Assembly (NCBI GenBank): GCA_050575255.1
Contig: JBNZDD010013489.1
Coordinates: 221,440 to 285,439 of the forward strand
Source of the DNA: Harriotta raleighana
Lineage: Eukaryota
Direction: 5' to 3'
DNA: 64,000 nt
The notes below the pieces were generated by a model that did not search any database, was not told the DNA's origin, and was given only the letters and a program-made list of their open reading frames with translations. Position 1 is the stretch's first letter. Each line of letters starts with the position of its first letter. The translations under genes were made by a program, and so were the position numbers. Below, piece by piece: positions 1 to 12,469 of this stretch.

Positions 1-371
1 AAGGTGCTGACCTGTGAAGTGCTTGCTTTGAGACATCTCGAAAATGTAACAAGGCACTATAGAAAATGCAAGGATTATTATTAGTAAATAATAAATATAT
101 TATTATTTAATCGTTATTATCATATATTATAATTCCTCATTGTACCTATTATATCTACCTGTGATAGCGGGAAGGATATCATTAATTTATCACATTCAAT
201 TTACTTTATAAAATATTCTGTGAAGCACTTTGAGATGTGTTAACAACTTGATATGGTGATACATCAAATGCAAGGATTACTATTATTATCCCTTTAAGTG
301 AGCGCAGATGTGCAGAGGAATTTTACACGGAAGTAACAAGACACTTGGTAGAGAGAATAAATTAGCAGCAA

Positions 372-451
372 GTATGCAATCTGTGAATTTCCAAGTCTGG
401 GTGAAACGTGCCACACCCACAGGAAATTCCATATGTGCAAGGGTATACAAA
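372..451 (+). promoter_or_regulatory. Putative IL1B proximal promoter (NF-kB-like sites, C/EBP-like sites, TATA-like box)
   Basis: GTGAATTTCC (383-392) and GGAAATTCC (422-430) resemble kB sites; TATGCAAT and TGTGCAA are C/EBP-like; TATACAAA at 444-451 lies about 85 bp upstream of the ATG at 533. Function is inferred from the known NF-kB/C/EBP control of IL1B. Confidence 0.5.
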
Positions 452-532
452 GGCAGAAGCACTCAGCAGACAGTCAGTACACAACAGCTATCAACTGAAT
501 AACACAAGCAGAGCAGTCAAGATACAAATAGA

Positions 533-3500
533 ATGAGGACTGAAAGTGGATCAGTGTCAATGAAATCCAGTGCCAGGAGTGAGACTCTCAGGTAAGCTGC
601 TATTTTATGTTGAGACTCCGCTGCCTATATTCTCACCCACACTAAACTCTGGACTCTAATAATAATCATTTGGTCACTCAATCCACGACTGTTTGTGGGA
701 AACTGCTGTGCGCACATTGGCTGCCTTGTTTCGCTCACAAAATCCACGGTCACTACATTTTACAGAATAGCCTGTGAATCTCTTTATTGAGATGTTTTGA
801 AGATGTGATGAAGTGTGACATAAAATGTAAGGTTTTTAAAAAAATCGTTACTCTCATCAGCCCAGTCCTCGCCAGACTCCCCTGGTTACCTAATATAGAA
901 ACCATTGATTTTGAGATCCTCTCAATCGTCTACAAATCCTTTCGTGTCCTAACTCTCTGATTTGCTACCTCCACTCAGCTGGCTCTGGCCTCCTGCTTTC
1001 TGTAGTGGGTGAAGTTCTGTTTTGCTTCTTAAAGCAAAAACGCATTTGTTGGGTCCCGACAAAAATAAACTGCAATAAACAACCCTTTTAAGAACCCATG
1101 TGTTGTTACGGAATAACAGAGATACATAAAGTGACTTAACTAACTGGAACTCTCTCTTTGTTTAGGAGTCCAACTGACCTCACCCTGACTCACAAATCCA
1201 TCTCTTTACCCTTTTTGATCAAGGTAAGATCCAACACCCCTGGTTATACAGTTTAAGATTTTGTTTGCTAAATGCTGATAATGGTAGATGTTAAAGATCA
1301 TGACAACAACAATTTGTAAGAGCCTCGGGATGTGTTTAGCATGGCTGAGTGGGTCGCGATATCACCTCAAGAGTCGAAAAGTTATGCGTTCAAGCCCCAT
1401 TTCAGGATTTTGGAGGAAGGGAGAGAGTTTCACATTATGAGAGAAGCCGTCCTTCAGATGAGATGTTCAACTGCACTCACTCCCGGTTTATGCCTGTTAG
1501 ATCAATGTAAAGCTATTTAAAAGGAGAAAGGAATTTCTCTCTCCTGTCAACAATCCCTCAAATAAATTTAGTCACTCAATCCACAACTGTTTGTTGGAAA
1601 CCGCTATCCACAATTGGCTGCCACGTCCCACCCATAAATCACAGTCACTACACCTTACAGTGCATCCTGTGAAGCACTTTGAGACGTCTCGACGAAGTGA
1701 TAATTCGGCAGATATTAAATATGAAGATAAGTATTAATAACTATAACAAAATTACATTAGTCTAATAATAATTATAAAGAATTTGAGAAGTAAAATGGGA
1801 TGAGTTGGGAGGCAGTTTGTGAGAGAGGTATGTGTGTGGATGTATGTGGTGAAGGACCAAATCTGACTGTTCTTCAGTCAATGATAATAATCATGTTTCA
1901 CGTTTCAGAAACCCTCAGGGGAGAGGTCCATGGCTGTCCCTGATAGCAGTCCTGAGATGGAAAGCTATCGATTGAAGATACAAGAGGCTCCTTGTCCAGC
2001 CTCCACGATCATTAAGCCAGCTCACTCCCTTCAGAAGATCTTCATTATGGTCCTGGCTGTGGAGAAGTTTAAGAAGAGGATAAAGGCCACCTTCAAGGAT
2101 ACTGATCTACTGCATTTTGATCTCAAAATTAAGGGTAAGAATTTTCTCTTTGCTTTATTAATCGTCTTAGGATTTCCCTATCACTGAGTTCCTACTAACC
2201 AGAGGCAATGAAAGCTGGAACAATCATCTTAAAATTAAAGATGGGCAATAGGTTGGGTATCAATGGATACAGGGTAAAGGCAAGTAAATGGACTTCAGGT
2301 ACAGATCAGCTATGATCTAATAACTTTGTAGAACAGGCTTGAGGGTTGAATGGCCTCCTCCTGTTTCTATGTTCCTATATCGGGAAGAAATCCTGGAAGC
2401 TACCCCTGGTGAAGGGTTCTATATAAATGCAAGTTGTTTTTGTGGTTGTTCACCCTGTGAATAACTGTTCTTGTCCTTCCTGTAGAGGTCATCACCAAGA
2501 TGAGCTATGATCACACAACAATGTCCAGCAGTTCTTTCAACTTTATGTGGAGCGAAGCTCAGAAGTTGAGAGACTATGAAGATAAATGTCTGGTCCTCTC
2601 CCACAACAGCAAGCTCATTGCTGTCGCCTTACAAACCCCTGGATCCGAAGGTATGTTTCCTTTGCTCTCTTCCTATCATACCTAATGATGAAACTTTTTA
2701 GTTATACCCTTGCTAGGAGTCCTGCAGTTTGTTTAGTGGTTAGAGCTCTTGCCTCATAAGTGAGTGGACATGGGTTCTATTCCCTACTGGGCAGGGCAAA
2801 ACCTGATGCAAGTTTCTCTACTAAACACACACGCCTCTGTTTGCCTAGCAGGAATGTAGGAACCCGCTTGTTTGTCGCTTGGCAAATTGCTTTTCTAATC
2901 CCTTCAAAGAAAATATATATGATAATAATAATTTGGCACTCCATCCACGACCATTTGTGGGACAATGGCTGCTGTGCTACGCAATTGGCTGCTGTCTACA
3001 GTGTAGACAGCGAAGGGCTTTCCGACATCTCGAAGACTAGATAAAGCACTATATCAAATGTGTCTCTTGCTCTGACCACCGTGTAACTCTCTCTTATTGT
3101 GATTTACAGTGACCCTGGACATCCGTCATTACAAGTCATTTTCATTTGGCCAGGCAGTGGTCCTGGGAATCAAAGGCCAGAACAAGTTCCTATCATGTAC
3201 ACAGCAAAATCACAGCAACCCAGAGCTGCAAGTGGAGGTAAGAGTTCACACTCGTTCACACTAATTCATGCTTGTTCACACTTAATCACGCTTACTGTGA
3301 AGACCAGTAGCATTGTGGTTAGCGCGCTCGATTCCCGAATTGGTCGGGGCAAAACCTTAGCCAAGTTTCCTTCCTCCACACACACCTCTGTTTACCTAGC
3401 AGAAGTAGGGACTTATTTGTTAGCCATTCACTCCACTGAATCCACGACTGTTTAGCGGCCACTGCTGTGAGCAATTGGCTGCTGCATTTCACCCACAAAA

Positions 3501-3961
3501 TGCTGTACTTTATAGAATACTCTGTGAAGAGTTTTAAGATGAGACAGCAATATGATCAGGTGCTACTTCAAATGCAAGGATTATTATTATCATCATTGTT
3601 ACTGCACATAAATCATCTGTTGCGTTTGGAAGCATTGTAAAATCCCGTGCGATGCTTTGAGATGTCTCGCCAATGTCAAAACGTGAATGTTATTCTTATT
3701 CTTATCGTCATTTGTAAAAGTGGTCTTTTGCATCCTTCCACCTAGGAATGGGATAAAAACCTGAACAACATCAGCAGCACAACCAAGCTCCTTCGATTTG
3801 TGTTCTACAAGAAAGTATCGGACGGGGGATCGTTCTTAGAATTTGAGTCTGCCAATCGCCCTAGTTGGTACATCAGTACATCAACCCAAAATCGCCAGAT
3901 TGTGGAGATGGGGATGAAAGAGAAAAAAAGAATAACTCTCTTCACAGCCACTGACTCCTAA
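533..3961 (+). CDS. IL1B: Interleukin-1 beta precursor, 6 coding exons, 283 aa
   Basis: Exons 533-591, 1166-1223, 1909-2134, 2486-2650, 3110-3237 and 3746-3961 are all GT-AG, with intron phases 2,0,1,1,0 and 852 nt in total. Pro-domain motif SLQKIFIMVLAVEKFK, beta-trefoil motif AVVLGIKGQNKFLSC...PELQVE, and IL-1 family signature RFVFYK...FESANRPSWYISTS. Adjacent to CKAP2L. The first two short exons are less certain than the last four. Confidence 0.9.
2716..3062 (+). mobile_element. tRNA-derived SINE (Deu-type core, L2-like tail) in IL1B intron 4
   Basis: Head GGAGTCCTG...AGTGGTTAGAGC...GGTTCTATTCC, core GCTGTGCTACGCAATTGGCTGC, tail AAGCACTATATCAAATG. Dozens of related copies occur across the window. 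Confidence 0.8.
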
Positions 3962-4349
3962 GAATCCTAAAACCCAAAATCAGGCAATGTTGATTTAGAG
4001 AGCATATGTATGTACTAAGTACACGATTCTCAATACGCTTTAGGTACGGAAAGTATATTAACCCACATAAACTCCCCTCCACCACCCCACACACACCCAC
4101 ACAAAAACACTCCTACTCACACCCCACACAAATGTATGGTCAGTAACTGATTCAAATGTATGGTCAGTAACTGATTCAAAAAACTTAATAATAATCTGGT
4201 CACTCAAACCATGACTGTTCGTTTCGCCCGCAAAATATACAATCACTACAATTTACAGTATTTTCTGTGAAGCACTTTGAGGCGTCTCTACGATGTGATA
4301 AGGTACTATGGGAAATTGTTGGATTATTATGAGATTCTTCAATTTGAGT

Positions 4350-4727
4350 TCCATTTTATTTATTGAAAGGTTATTTTTTACCATGGTGTCTAGCAATATT
4401 TGCCACTTTTTCACTTCTAAAGAGCATATATATGTATTGAATATATGTAATTAACTTATTTTGTCAGCAAGGATTGTTGAATACAGGGATTGTTATTTAT
4501 TGTTAATTTACTGAAGATCTGTCAAGCATTAGCCATACTAAAACTTGTTATTTATATTATTTAATATTTATTATTTATTGATCAACTCTACAATATTTTG
4601 TTGGACAAATTATTGAAGTACAAAAAATAGATATGATAAGTGATTATTGATATTTATATTATTTTATATTTTATTATTATTTATTTATAAATTCTGCCTT
4701 GTTGGCATAAATTATTGATTGAATAAA
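4350..4727 (+). promoter_or_regulatory. IL1B 3' UTR AU-rich element cluster and polyadenylation signal
   Basis: Many ATTTA/TTATTTAT motifs between about 4355 and 4690, then AATAAA at 4722-4727; typical of unstable cytokine mRNAs. Confidence 0.75.
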
Positions 4728-4929
4728 TTTCTGAAACAAATTATTACTGAGTTTGAAGTGATGTTTTCGGAGCGATGTGGAAGTTGAAAAAATCAATTGC
4801 AGGGACATAGCAGCGCTTGATAATAGGGCGACAAGGACGATCGAGGGGATGGAAAAACCAGACGATGAGGAGCAATTAAATACTGTAAAACTAGGCACTG
4901 GAAAAGAGAAGGGTGATATGGTTTATAAG

Positions 4930-5290
4930 CTTCCAAAGGGTTCAAATCCTACCTTTCGCACCGTCTCCCCTTTGCCTCGACAGACAGCTTCTGCTCCAGC
5001 ACTTTCCCCGTCCAGTGCGACATTCCTCAAGGCTCTGCCTTGTTCCTTAAGACGCTGGCCTTGACCCTCAAGGCTCTGTCCTTGGTCCTTAAGTCTCTGT
5101 TCTTGGGCTTCTTCAACATGTACACGTTCCTTCGTGGTTCCTTCATCCTCTGCGGACATGGGGGTCAACTTCCACATGACATGTGGATGTGGCTGACATC
5201 CAATTGTATCTCTCTGCCTCCACCCTTGACTTCAGGAGCACTGCTGTCCTGATAACATCATGTCCGTCAGACATCAAGTCCTGCCTGGGT
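4930..5290 (+). mobile_element. Degenerate L2-clade LINE reverse transcriptase fragment
   Basis: Translates with disruptions to FKSYLSHR...DIPQGSA / PQGSVLGP...FFNMYT...HG.NFH...ADIQLYLS, matching L2 RT motifs (PQGSVLGP, YADDTQLYLS). Confidence 0.75.
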
Positions 5291-5419
5291 GAAAGGTAAC
5301 TCACTCCAGTTGGGAACGTCAACGAGAGCGATTCAGTGAGGTGTCGAGGGCGCCCACAGATGATGGTGATGATGTTGTCAATCAAGTGCCTGAGGTGTGG
5401 AGGCCAGGACAGAAACCAA

Positions 5420-5800
5420 TCAGGAGGGCCTCAGACTTATTATGGGGTGTCCGGGTTACCAACCGGTCTATCCCCACCGCTCGGCGGGCTCCGGACTGAT
5501 CCATGTCCCTCGCCATCAGCTTCCCTGCCGTCCTCTACCACCCTTTGGAAATTCCATCCCACATTCCCTCCGCCCCGTCCCCTCCCGCCCTCCCTCACGG
5601 TCCTTCGAGACCCTCCTCTTCCACCAACAGCGCCTTGAGTCAGTCAGTCGGTCACCCTCCCCCCTTCCTCATCCCGACCCCCAGCTCGGGTCCATATCCC
5701 TGGCTGTCCATCCAGCCCAGGGCCGCGAAAAGTCTTCCTGAGGTAAAAGGGCGCGGTTGGTTTGAACGTCACGTGTTGTTGTTGTTGTTGTTGTTTGTTG
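5420..5800 (+). mobile_element. L2 LINE 3' end with (TTG)n tail abutting the CKAP2L promoter
   Basis: Same C-rich 3' region and (TTG)n terminus as the other L2 ends in the window (37290-37720, 54080-54400, 63590-63990). Confidence 0.6.
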
Positions 5801-6023
5801 ACGGAACAGCCGTGAGGAGGCGACGCCCTCAGCGCGCAGGAATAATTTTTAAAAAGAATGAGAGGACCGCTGCGATTGGTCAGTTCGAAGGTAGCGGACT
5901 CCGAGCGTCCAATCGGACGGCGCGTTCCATGGAGGCGGCGCTGGGAGCGGCCAATCAGGGGGCGGCACGCGCGGGCTGTTTTGAACAGTTTCGGCGGTTG
6001 GTGGGGGTGAAGCTCGGCGCGAG
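5751..6023 (+). promoter_or_regulatory. CKAP2L CpG-island promoter with three CCAAT boxes and CDE/CHR elements
   Basis: ATTGG 5875-5879, CCAAT 5909-5913 and 5951-5955; CHR TTTGAA at 5761-5766 and 5980-5985, each 4 nt after a GC-rich CDE-like motif; CHR variant TTCGAA at 5884-5889. This is the known architecture of G2/M (DREAM/MuvB, NF-Y) promoters. Confidence 0.75.
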
Positions 6024-9000
6024 ATGATGGCGGCGGCGGCACCTCAGAGCACGATTCGCAGCGCAGGTAAAGGCCGCGACCGGCCACCCTCTCACACTCC
6101 CCGCGGCTGTGACCTACCGGGGGTGGGGGGAGAGCCGACCCGACTCGACGGCCGGCGGGGCTTGTTGACAGCCGTCCCAGGCCAGCTCGCAGCAGCTCAG
6201 GCCCAGACATCCCCCCCCNCCGCCACCCCCCCCCCCCCCCCCCCGACGCCGCAGATTTACACTGACATTGTCTGGTCTGTAGCCCCCCCCCCCTCTTTCC
6301 TCCAGCCTCAAATAAAGCCGTAATAATTGGAATTTATAATAATAATACAATAATAATAATTTCTAACATGAATTATGAGACCCAGGGAATACTAGTGAGC
6401 GAGACCAGTCGGTAACAAACTGCTGCAGTTCACCTTACTTGGCGTGTAAGATCAACACACTGTTGATTGATAACGAGAATATAATTCCTTGTTGCACTTG
6501 TATTTATTATACTATTGCACTCGATACAGCGCGTCCTCAAGGCGCCTCAAAGCACTTCACACAAAATAAGACTGCAAAGTGGATTCGGATATGTTTTGTG
6601 GCTTGAAAAGCGGCAGCCAATTTAATATCTGATAATAATAATAATAATAATCCTGGCATTTGATCCAGCGGCTTCTCACGTCTTCTCGACTGTGTCTCAA
6701 AGCGCTTCACAGGATATACTGTAGAGTGAATTAACTGTATATTTGTGGGAGAAACGTCCCACGAGCCGTCCGAATAATTTGAGAGCCCAATTTTTATTAT
6801 TATTGTGTTTTTTTAAGGGATTTTTTAAGAAAGCAATTACCCGCCCAGAAAGCAATTACCCCCCCAATCGACTAACAACCAGGCTCCTACTTACTGCTAG
6901 GTGAACACAGGCTTGTGGAGTAAGGAAACATGCCCAACATTTTGCACGCTGGTCCCCTCGCTTGTGAGGAGAGCGCTCTAACCATTTCAACTGAAAAGGA
7001 CTCTGCAAAAGTTCCTGTGGGTACTGCTGTAGGTACAGATTGAAATGGTCCTGTGTTTTTATTTCCCCTTGGATTTCTTTGTGAAAACAGAACTGAGAAG
7101 ACAGCAGCTTGAAGAATATCTTGTGAGAAAAGGGAAATTGAAAAGCCAAGGCTCCAACCCCAGGTTTGTTTGCACAAATCCTCCTTGGGTCTAGGGTTGT
7201 AGCATGATAACTTTAATGCAATTGGCTCTCATTGTCAAGAATATAAATATTTGGCGCCTGTTTCTGTTTGTAAGCCGGTGCACATTTTCTAATGGGGTTT
7301 TGTTTTAGCCTCAATGGGTAGTTTTTTGATATATGATCCAGAAAGACAACCCAACAGTTTTAATTCTTCTATCTCACCGTCCCAACAGTTCTAGCATATA
7401 TATCCCTTGCTTAAATGTTTTATCTGTAGACCTAGAAGAAGTATTTCATTACCTGCAAACCAAGCAAGATTTTTATTGCCTTAATGCTTATTTATTAATT
7501 AACAAAAATATCCCATGGCAAGTTATTTGTATTCACGCAAAATCTCATTTTTTTAAAAAAAGTAACATCTGGATGTGTAATATATAGTAATAGTCTTTGC
7601 ATTTAATAAAGCGCTTTTCACGTCTTCTAGCGCTTCACAGAATATATTGTAAAGTGCTTTGACTTTACATTGGTGGGTGAAACATAGCAGCCAATTGTTC
7701 ACAGAAGTCCCAGGAACACTTGTAGATTAAAATGACCAATTAATTACTTTTTTTTCCCGAGGGATTATTATCAGTGGTGTAGAGTAAGAAAACTTGCCCA
7801 AGATTTTGTCCTGCCTGGAATTGAACCCAGGTCTCTTGCTTGCAAGGCAAGTGCTCTACAGGACTCCACTGAGCTACAGGACTCCACTGTAGTTCATGGC
7901 TCATAGATGCTAGACCGCGTGAAGGTTGCTACATAAACACAAGTTATTGTTGTAACTTCTATTTAAGTTTTTTTTTAATGGGGTCAGTTTCTTTTTAATG
8001 GGGTCGGTTTAATTTTTCTTCCTCCAGAATACAATAACTACATGGTCTGCTGAGTCTGAATTCCTGGTGTAGATTGTTGTATTTTTAAAAATTATTTTAA
8101 TTTCTAGAAGTAGTTGTGGCTTCAATTGGTATATTAAATTTAAATTACTGGAATAATAAAGTTTTGATTGTTAGTGTTGAAATGATATTGTTAACTCGAT
8201 GCCTCAAAGCAACACTTTATATTTAGTGTGATGGGTGGGAGCTGAGTTTTTTCCTTCTATCTGTAATGCCCTGAAGCTGCCATTTATGTGTTTCAATTTT
8301 ATTTCAGTTGTCTTTGAACTCAGACTTGCTGAGCTTAACGTAGATGGGAACTTTGATAAACCCATAGACCCCCGGCTGAAATTTCTCGCTTGGGGCGGGA
8401 GGGGTGGGTTGAAGTTCAGAGAAGCTAAAAGCCTCAAATCCACCTACTCTCTTAGACTCTTTTATACAGTTCTGTATAAAACTGTAATGTGCCACTTGGG
8501 AACATCATTGAGTCATGCAAAGCTCTATCATTCAGCATTTTTACTTGTAAAATTTTGACCCAATAAAGTGACTCTTGTATTTCACATTGCTTTTCTCTCG
8601 CCTGCTGTCTGCATACTAGGTGTTATTTGGCGGACAGGACTAATCACAAGATCCAGCCTCCAGCACCTCAACCCAAGGTTACATTGGTAAGCAAGGAGTT
8701 TTTTCAATGTTGTTAACTTATGCAAGAGATTAGTTTGGTACTGTACTTAAGTAGCCATTCATAACTTTGGTTAAATAGCTTGGTTAACTTTGGTGACATG
8801 ATGGGTGAGCCTGTTCCTGATAGACAAGTAAAGCTCCATCCCTCCCTCTCTCACCTCTTTCTTGTCTCAAGACCTTCCTGTTTGACGATGCTTTCAGTCA
8901 TCTTTCGGCTCCCATCCCAGCTAAGGCTCTTCGTCCTGAAGTGAAAGGCCTTGTACAAACGTCAATGTATATTAATATAGTTGATCTCACTGATGGGTTG

Positions 9001-12000
9001 AGTTTGTTTCATTATGACTGTTTATTTGCTGTTTAATTTTCTGATGAGCTGATCAGAACACAGCCTGAAATCTGACTATTTTGCACAAAATTTAAGGTAT
9101 TTTCTGTTGCCATTTCAGAAAGGTAACTTGAAGGGTGTTGTTGCCCCACAACCGAAAGTCAAAGTCACAACTAACCAATTAGCCACCAACCATGTCCGAC
9201 CTGCTGCCAGATCCCAGGCACATGGGAATACTGCAACCAGGAAAGCCCTTTCCAAAACTCTGTCAACCGATGAGCAAAAGCCTACAGTGATTGTTTTCCC
9301 TCAAGCAAGGAATACTGTTGCTCCCATCAAAACTGAGGACCATGCATTTCCAGCAGAGTCCAAGGAAACTCAGGCTGGTGCAGAGATTGGTGCCAACCAA
9401 TGCAAGCAGCCAGCAGAGTGCCAAAGTGACTCTAGCCTTGTGGCTGGCATGTCAACACATGCCAACAATCTTCACGGATCAAGCGGACAAGCTAAGCAAC
9501 GGAAAGGCACTACGCAAACTCTTGACCAAGGCAAACCAGGTGCTCGGTGCAGGAACAACACAGCGGCTTTCAAGCCTCCAAAACAACAAGCATTAAAAAT
9601 CGGCCTGGTCAGATTAAACCAAACCAGCAGCTGGCGACAGAAAGTCGGGGCGCACAGAGCGACCACTAGTGCAAATACAAACCGAGTCATTGGCACAGCC
9701 AGGGAAAATACGTACAAAGCCGTTATTACAACTAAAGTGCCCCCTAGGTCAAAGACAAATGGAACCAGCACTACAGCTAAAGTGCCCCTCAGGGCAAATA
9801 CAAGTAACAGTGGCATAGGTAAAGTGGCCTCTAATGCAAAAGCACACAGAGTCATTGGCCCAGCTAACAAGGCATCCAGTACAAGTCGTGCCATTGATGG
9901 GGACAGAGTGAACCCCAGAGCCAATAGAAATGAAGTGGAGGACACAGTTCCCAAACACAGCATCACAATCTCTGAGCGTGCCCAGCAGCCTGTAACTGGG
10001 GTATCCACTAATGTATCGAGGCAGACCATCGGAGGAACGAGCACTCGCCCATCTGCACAGGCCATGAGAACCAAGGCTGAAGCCTCAGCCATTTCCACTG
10101 GGAAACGACTGGTGAGAGAGCTGAAGCCTGTTGCAAGGCCTAATGTAAACTCAGCACGCAGGATAATAGGAACCCCAGCAACCAATGTAAAGAGAAGAAA
10201 TGGGCAAGCCAAGCCAACAGGAGCAGCAACAGAGCCTGTCAAAGTGCACCAAGGCCCTAGTACTGGGAGCAAGCTATCACAAGCACAGAACGACAGGAAG
10301 TAATACTTTTTAAATCTTTCATCAACTAAAATGGTTCTGTGTACATTATTGATTCTGTACATTATTATCAGCTTTTATCGATTTTCCCCAAACTGAAGTT
10401 GTTCACCATTGATGTTTTGCCAACAGGAAAAAACTTGAGGAGTGGTTAGCTACCAAGGGGAAGACTTACAAACGGCCGCCTATGCTAATCCCATTAAGAC
10501 AGGTTTCCACATCTGTGATTAAGAAACTTGAGGATTCCTTCTGGGAGGCCATCGAGGAGGAGGAAGAGCAGAGAGGTCTGGCCGATCAGGTGGACTGTAT
10601 GCTGGATAACTGTCTGAAGCTACTTGACCAGGTAAATAATAATATTATAATAATCATTGCATTTGATAGGGCGCCTTATCACTCCTTCAAGGAGTCTTGA
10701 AGCGTTTCACAGAGTATACTGTAAAGTAAATTGACTGTACATCTGGTGGACAAAATGCGGCAGCCAATTTGTGCACAGCAGTTTTCCACAAAAAGACATG
10801 GATTGAGCAACCAATTAATTTTAGTTAATTAAGTTAATATAGTTGGTTAGTCAGGATGTTCCTCCTATGATTGTCTATTGGACTCTACTGTCCCTCGTTA
10901 TGACTGAAATCTCTGGTTTGCTTTGGTTTGTGTCAGGGCCACCCCACTGAGGGGGTGTGGGCTGTGCTGGAGAACATTCCCAATGGGGAGAAGTTTGCTA
11001 AGTACTGGATCTGCCGAGCACGTCTGCTGGAGCTTACTGACACCATAGACGCTGTCATTGCCTTGTTTGAGCAGGCTGTCCACGCTGGTGCGCAGGTAAC
11101 TATACTCACAAGCCTGAACCACTGAAAGATTGCAAGTGTTTCATACCTGAGAGCCTCACTGTCCGGACAGGCACGCAGAAAATAGAAATGCTATCATGGA
11201 ATGGAAGGCCATAACTGCCTGACATTTTTTTTCCAGCCTGTGAACCAACTTCGATCTGCCCTGGTCGATGTCCTCATGAGAAACATAAACTCACAAGCAG
11301 CCAATACAGGTATGTTCATAGCCTCACAGTCTGTTATCCCCCCAGGTTTCTGCCCAGTGCGTTACAGAGAAATAAAGTGAGCTGTTTTCCTAGTGATTAT
11401 TAGATACAAATAGCCCAAATGCCCTAAAGTTTTGTTTAAAACCTGCAATCTCCTACCCCACACAATGTGTCTCCTGTTAGTGAAAACTTACAGCTGCATA
11501 TGGTTTATGGAGCAACAACGTATATTTATTTAGCCAGCAGCCTTCATGTAGATAAGATCTCGGAGTGCTTCACAGTACTCTGGATGGATGGCAAGCAAGG
11601 AGGCATATGTGAAGGATAGGTTTAAACAAACTTCTAGTCACAATTTTCCCAAGAGTAATGGGATGTGATTCTCTGTGTCTCTGTTCAGCCCTGGCTGCCC
11701 CTGCTTCGACAGAAGTTAGTGCACCTGAGCAGATCGCGCGAGTGGTAGGGGAGATGCCAGGTGGGAGTGAAGAGTTTGTGTCTGAGACACCACATACAGC
11801 AACACTGGGCATCCTGACCGGCAACAAAAGCCAGCATGGTTCCTGCATCATCAAGCACCGAGTCACTGCCACACCCCGGATTCAAAGGTAAGAGAATCCG
11901 AGGTTCAAACCCTCAATTGTCCAGCGTCTTGGGATAAATTATCCTTGCATTTGATACAATTCCTATCACGTCTTCCAGACGTTTCTCTTGCGCTTCACAC

Positions 12001-12469
12001 AATATACTGTAAAATTAATTAACAGGATATTGTGTGGGCTAAGCGCACAGCANTCACGTCTTCCAGACGTTTCTCTTGCGCTTCACACAATATACTGTAA
12101 AATTAATTAACAGGATATTGTGTGGGCTAAGCGCACAGCAGTGTGGGCTTAGCGCACAGCAGTGTGGCAGAAACTTATTGAGATTCAGTGAGCTGGTTCA
12201 GTGAGCAGGATCAGTTTCCCTTCACACGGAATGCTTGTCCTTACAGAGGGAAACAGAATCTGGCTACGAGTCAAACCGCTGGCCGGCAAAACCTGAAGTT
12301 CCTGACTCCTGTCCGTCGTTCTGTCCGAATCGAGCACTTGTCTACCTTGTACCCCATCGAGCTGCAAGAACATGATCCCTGTGTGACCTCCTTGGGTGAG
12401 CTGTTGGCAATGGAGGACGTGGCCATGTTTTTTTACAGAGAGAACGAGGCTTTGCAGGAAGAATTGTAA
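6024..12469 (+). CDS. CKAP2L: Cytoskeleton-associated protein 2-like (Radmis), 9 exons, 740 aa
   Basis: Exons 6024-6066, 7091-7163, 8620-8686, 9119-10299, 10427-10631, 10937-11095, 11237-11309, 11689-11887 and 12247-12469 (2223 nt, phases consistent). Motifs ELRRQQLEEYLVRKGKLK, KKLEEWLATKGKTYKRPPM, EKFAKYWICRARL and LKFLTPVRRSVRIE...LQEHD match the CKAP2/CKAP2L family; adjacency to IL1B favours CKAP2L. AATAAA at about 12823 and 12834. Confidence 0.9.
7594..7885 (-). mobile_element. Near full-length tRNA(Ala)-derived SINE in CKAP2L intron 2
   Basis: Reverse complement begins GGAGTCCTGTAGCTCAGTGG...CTTGCAAG...GGGTTCAATTCC, followed by the conserved core and tail. Confidence 0.8.

Noticed and set aside
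9472-10362. 296-aa minus-strand ORF
   Set aside because: Antisense shadow of the large CKAP2L exon; no independent motifs.
11965-12140. About 85-bp exact tandem duplication around a single N at 12053
   Set aside because: Typical contig-overlap assembly artefact; the same pattern occurs at 14066-14190 around the N at 14132.
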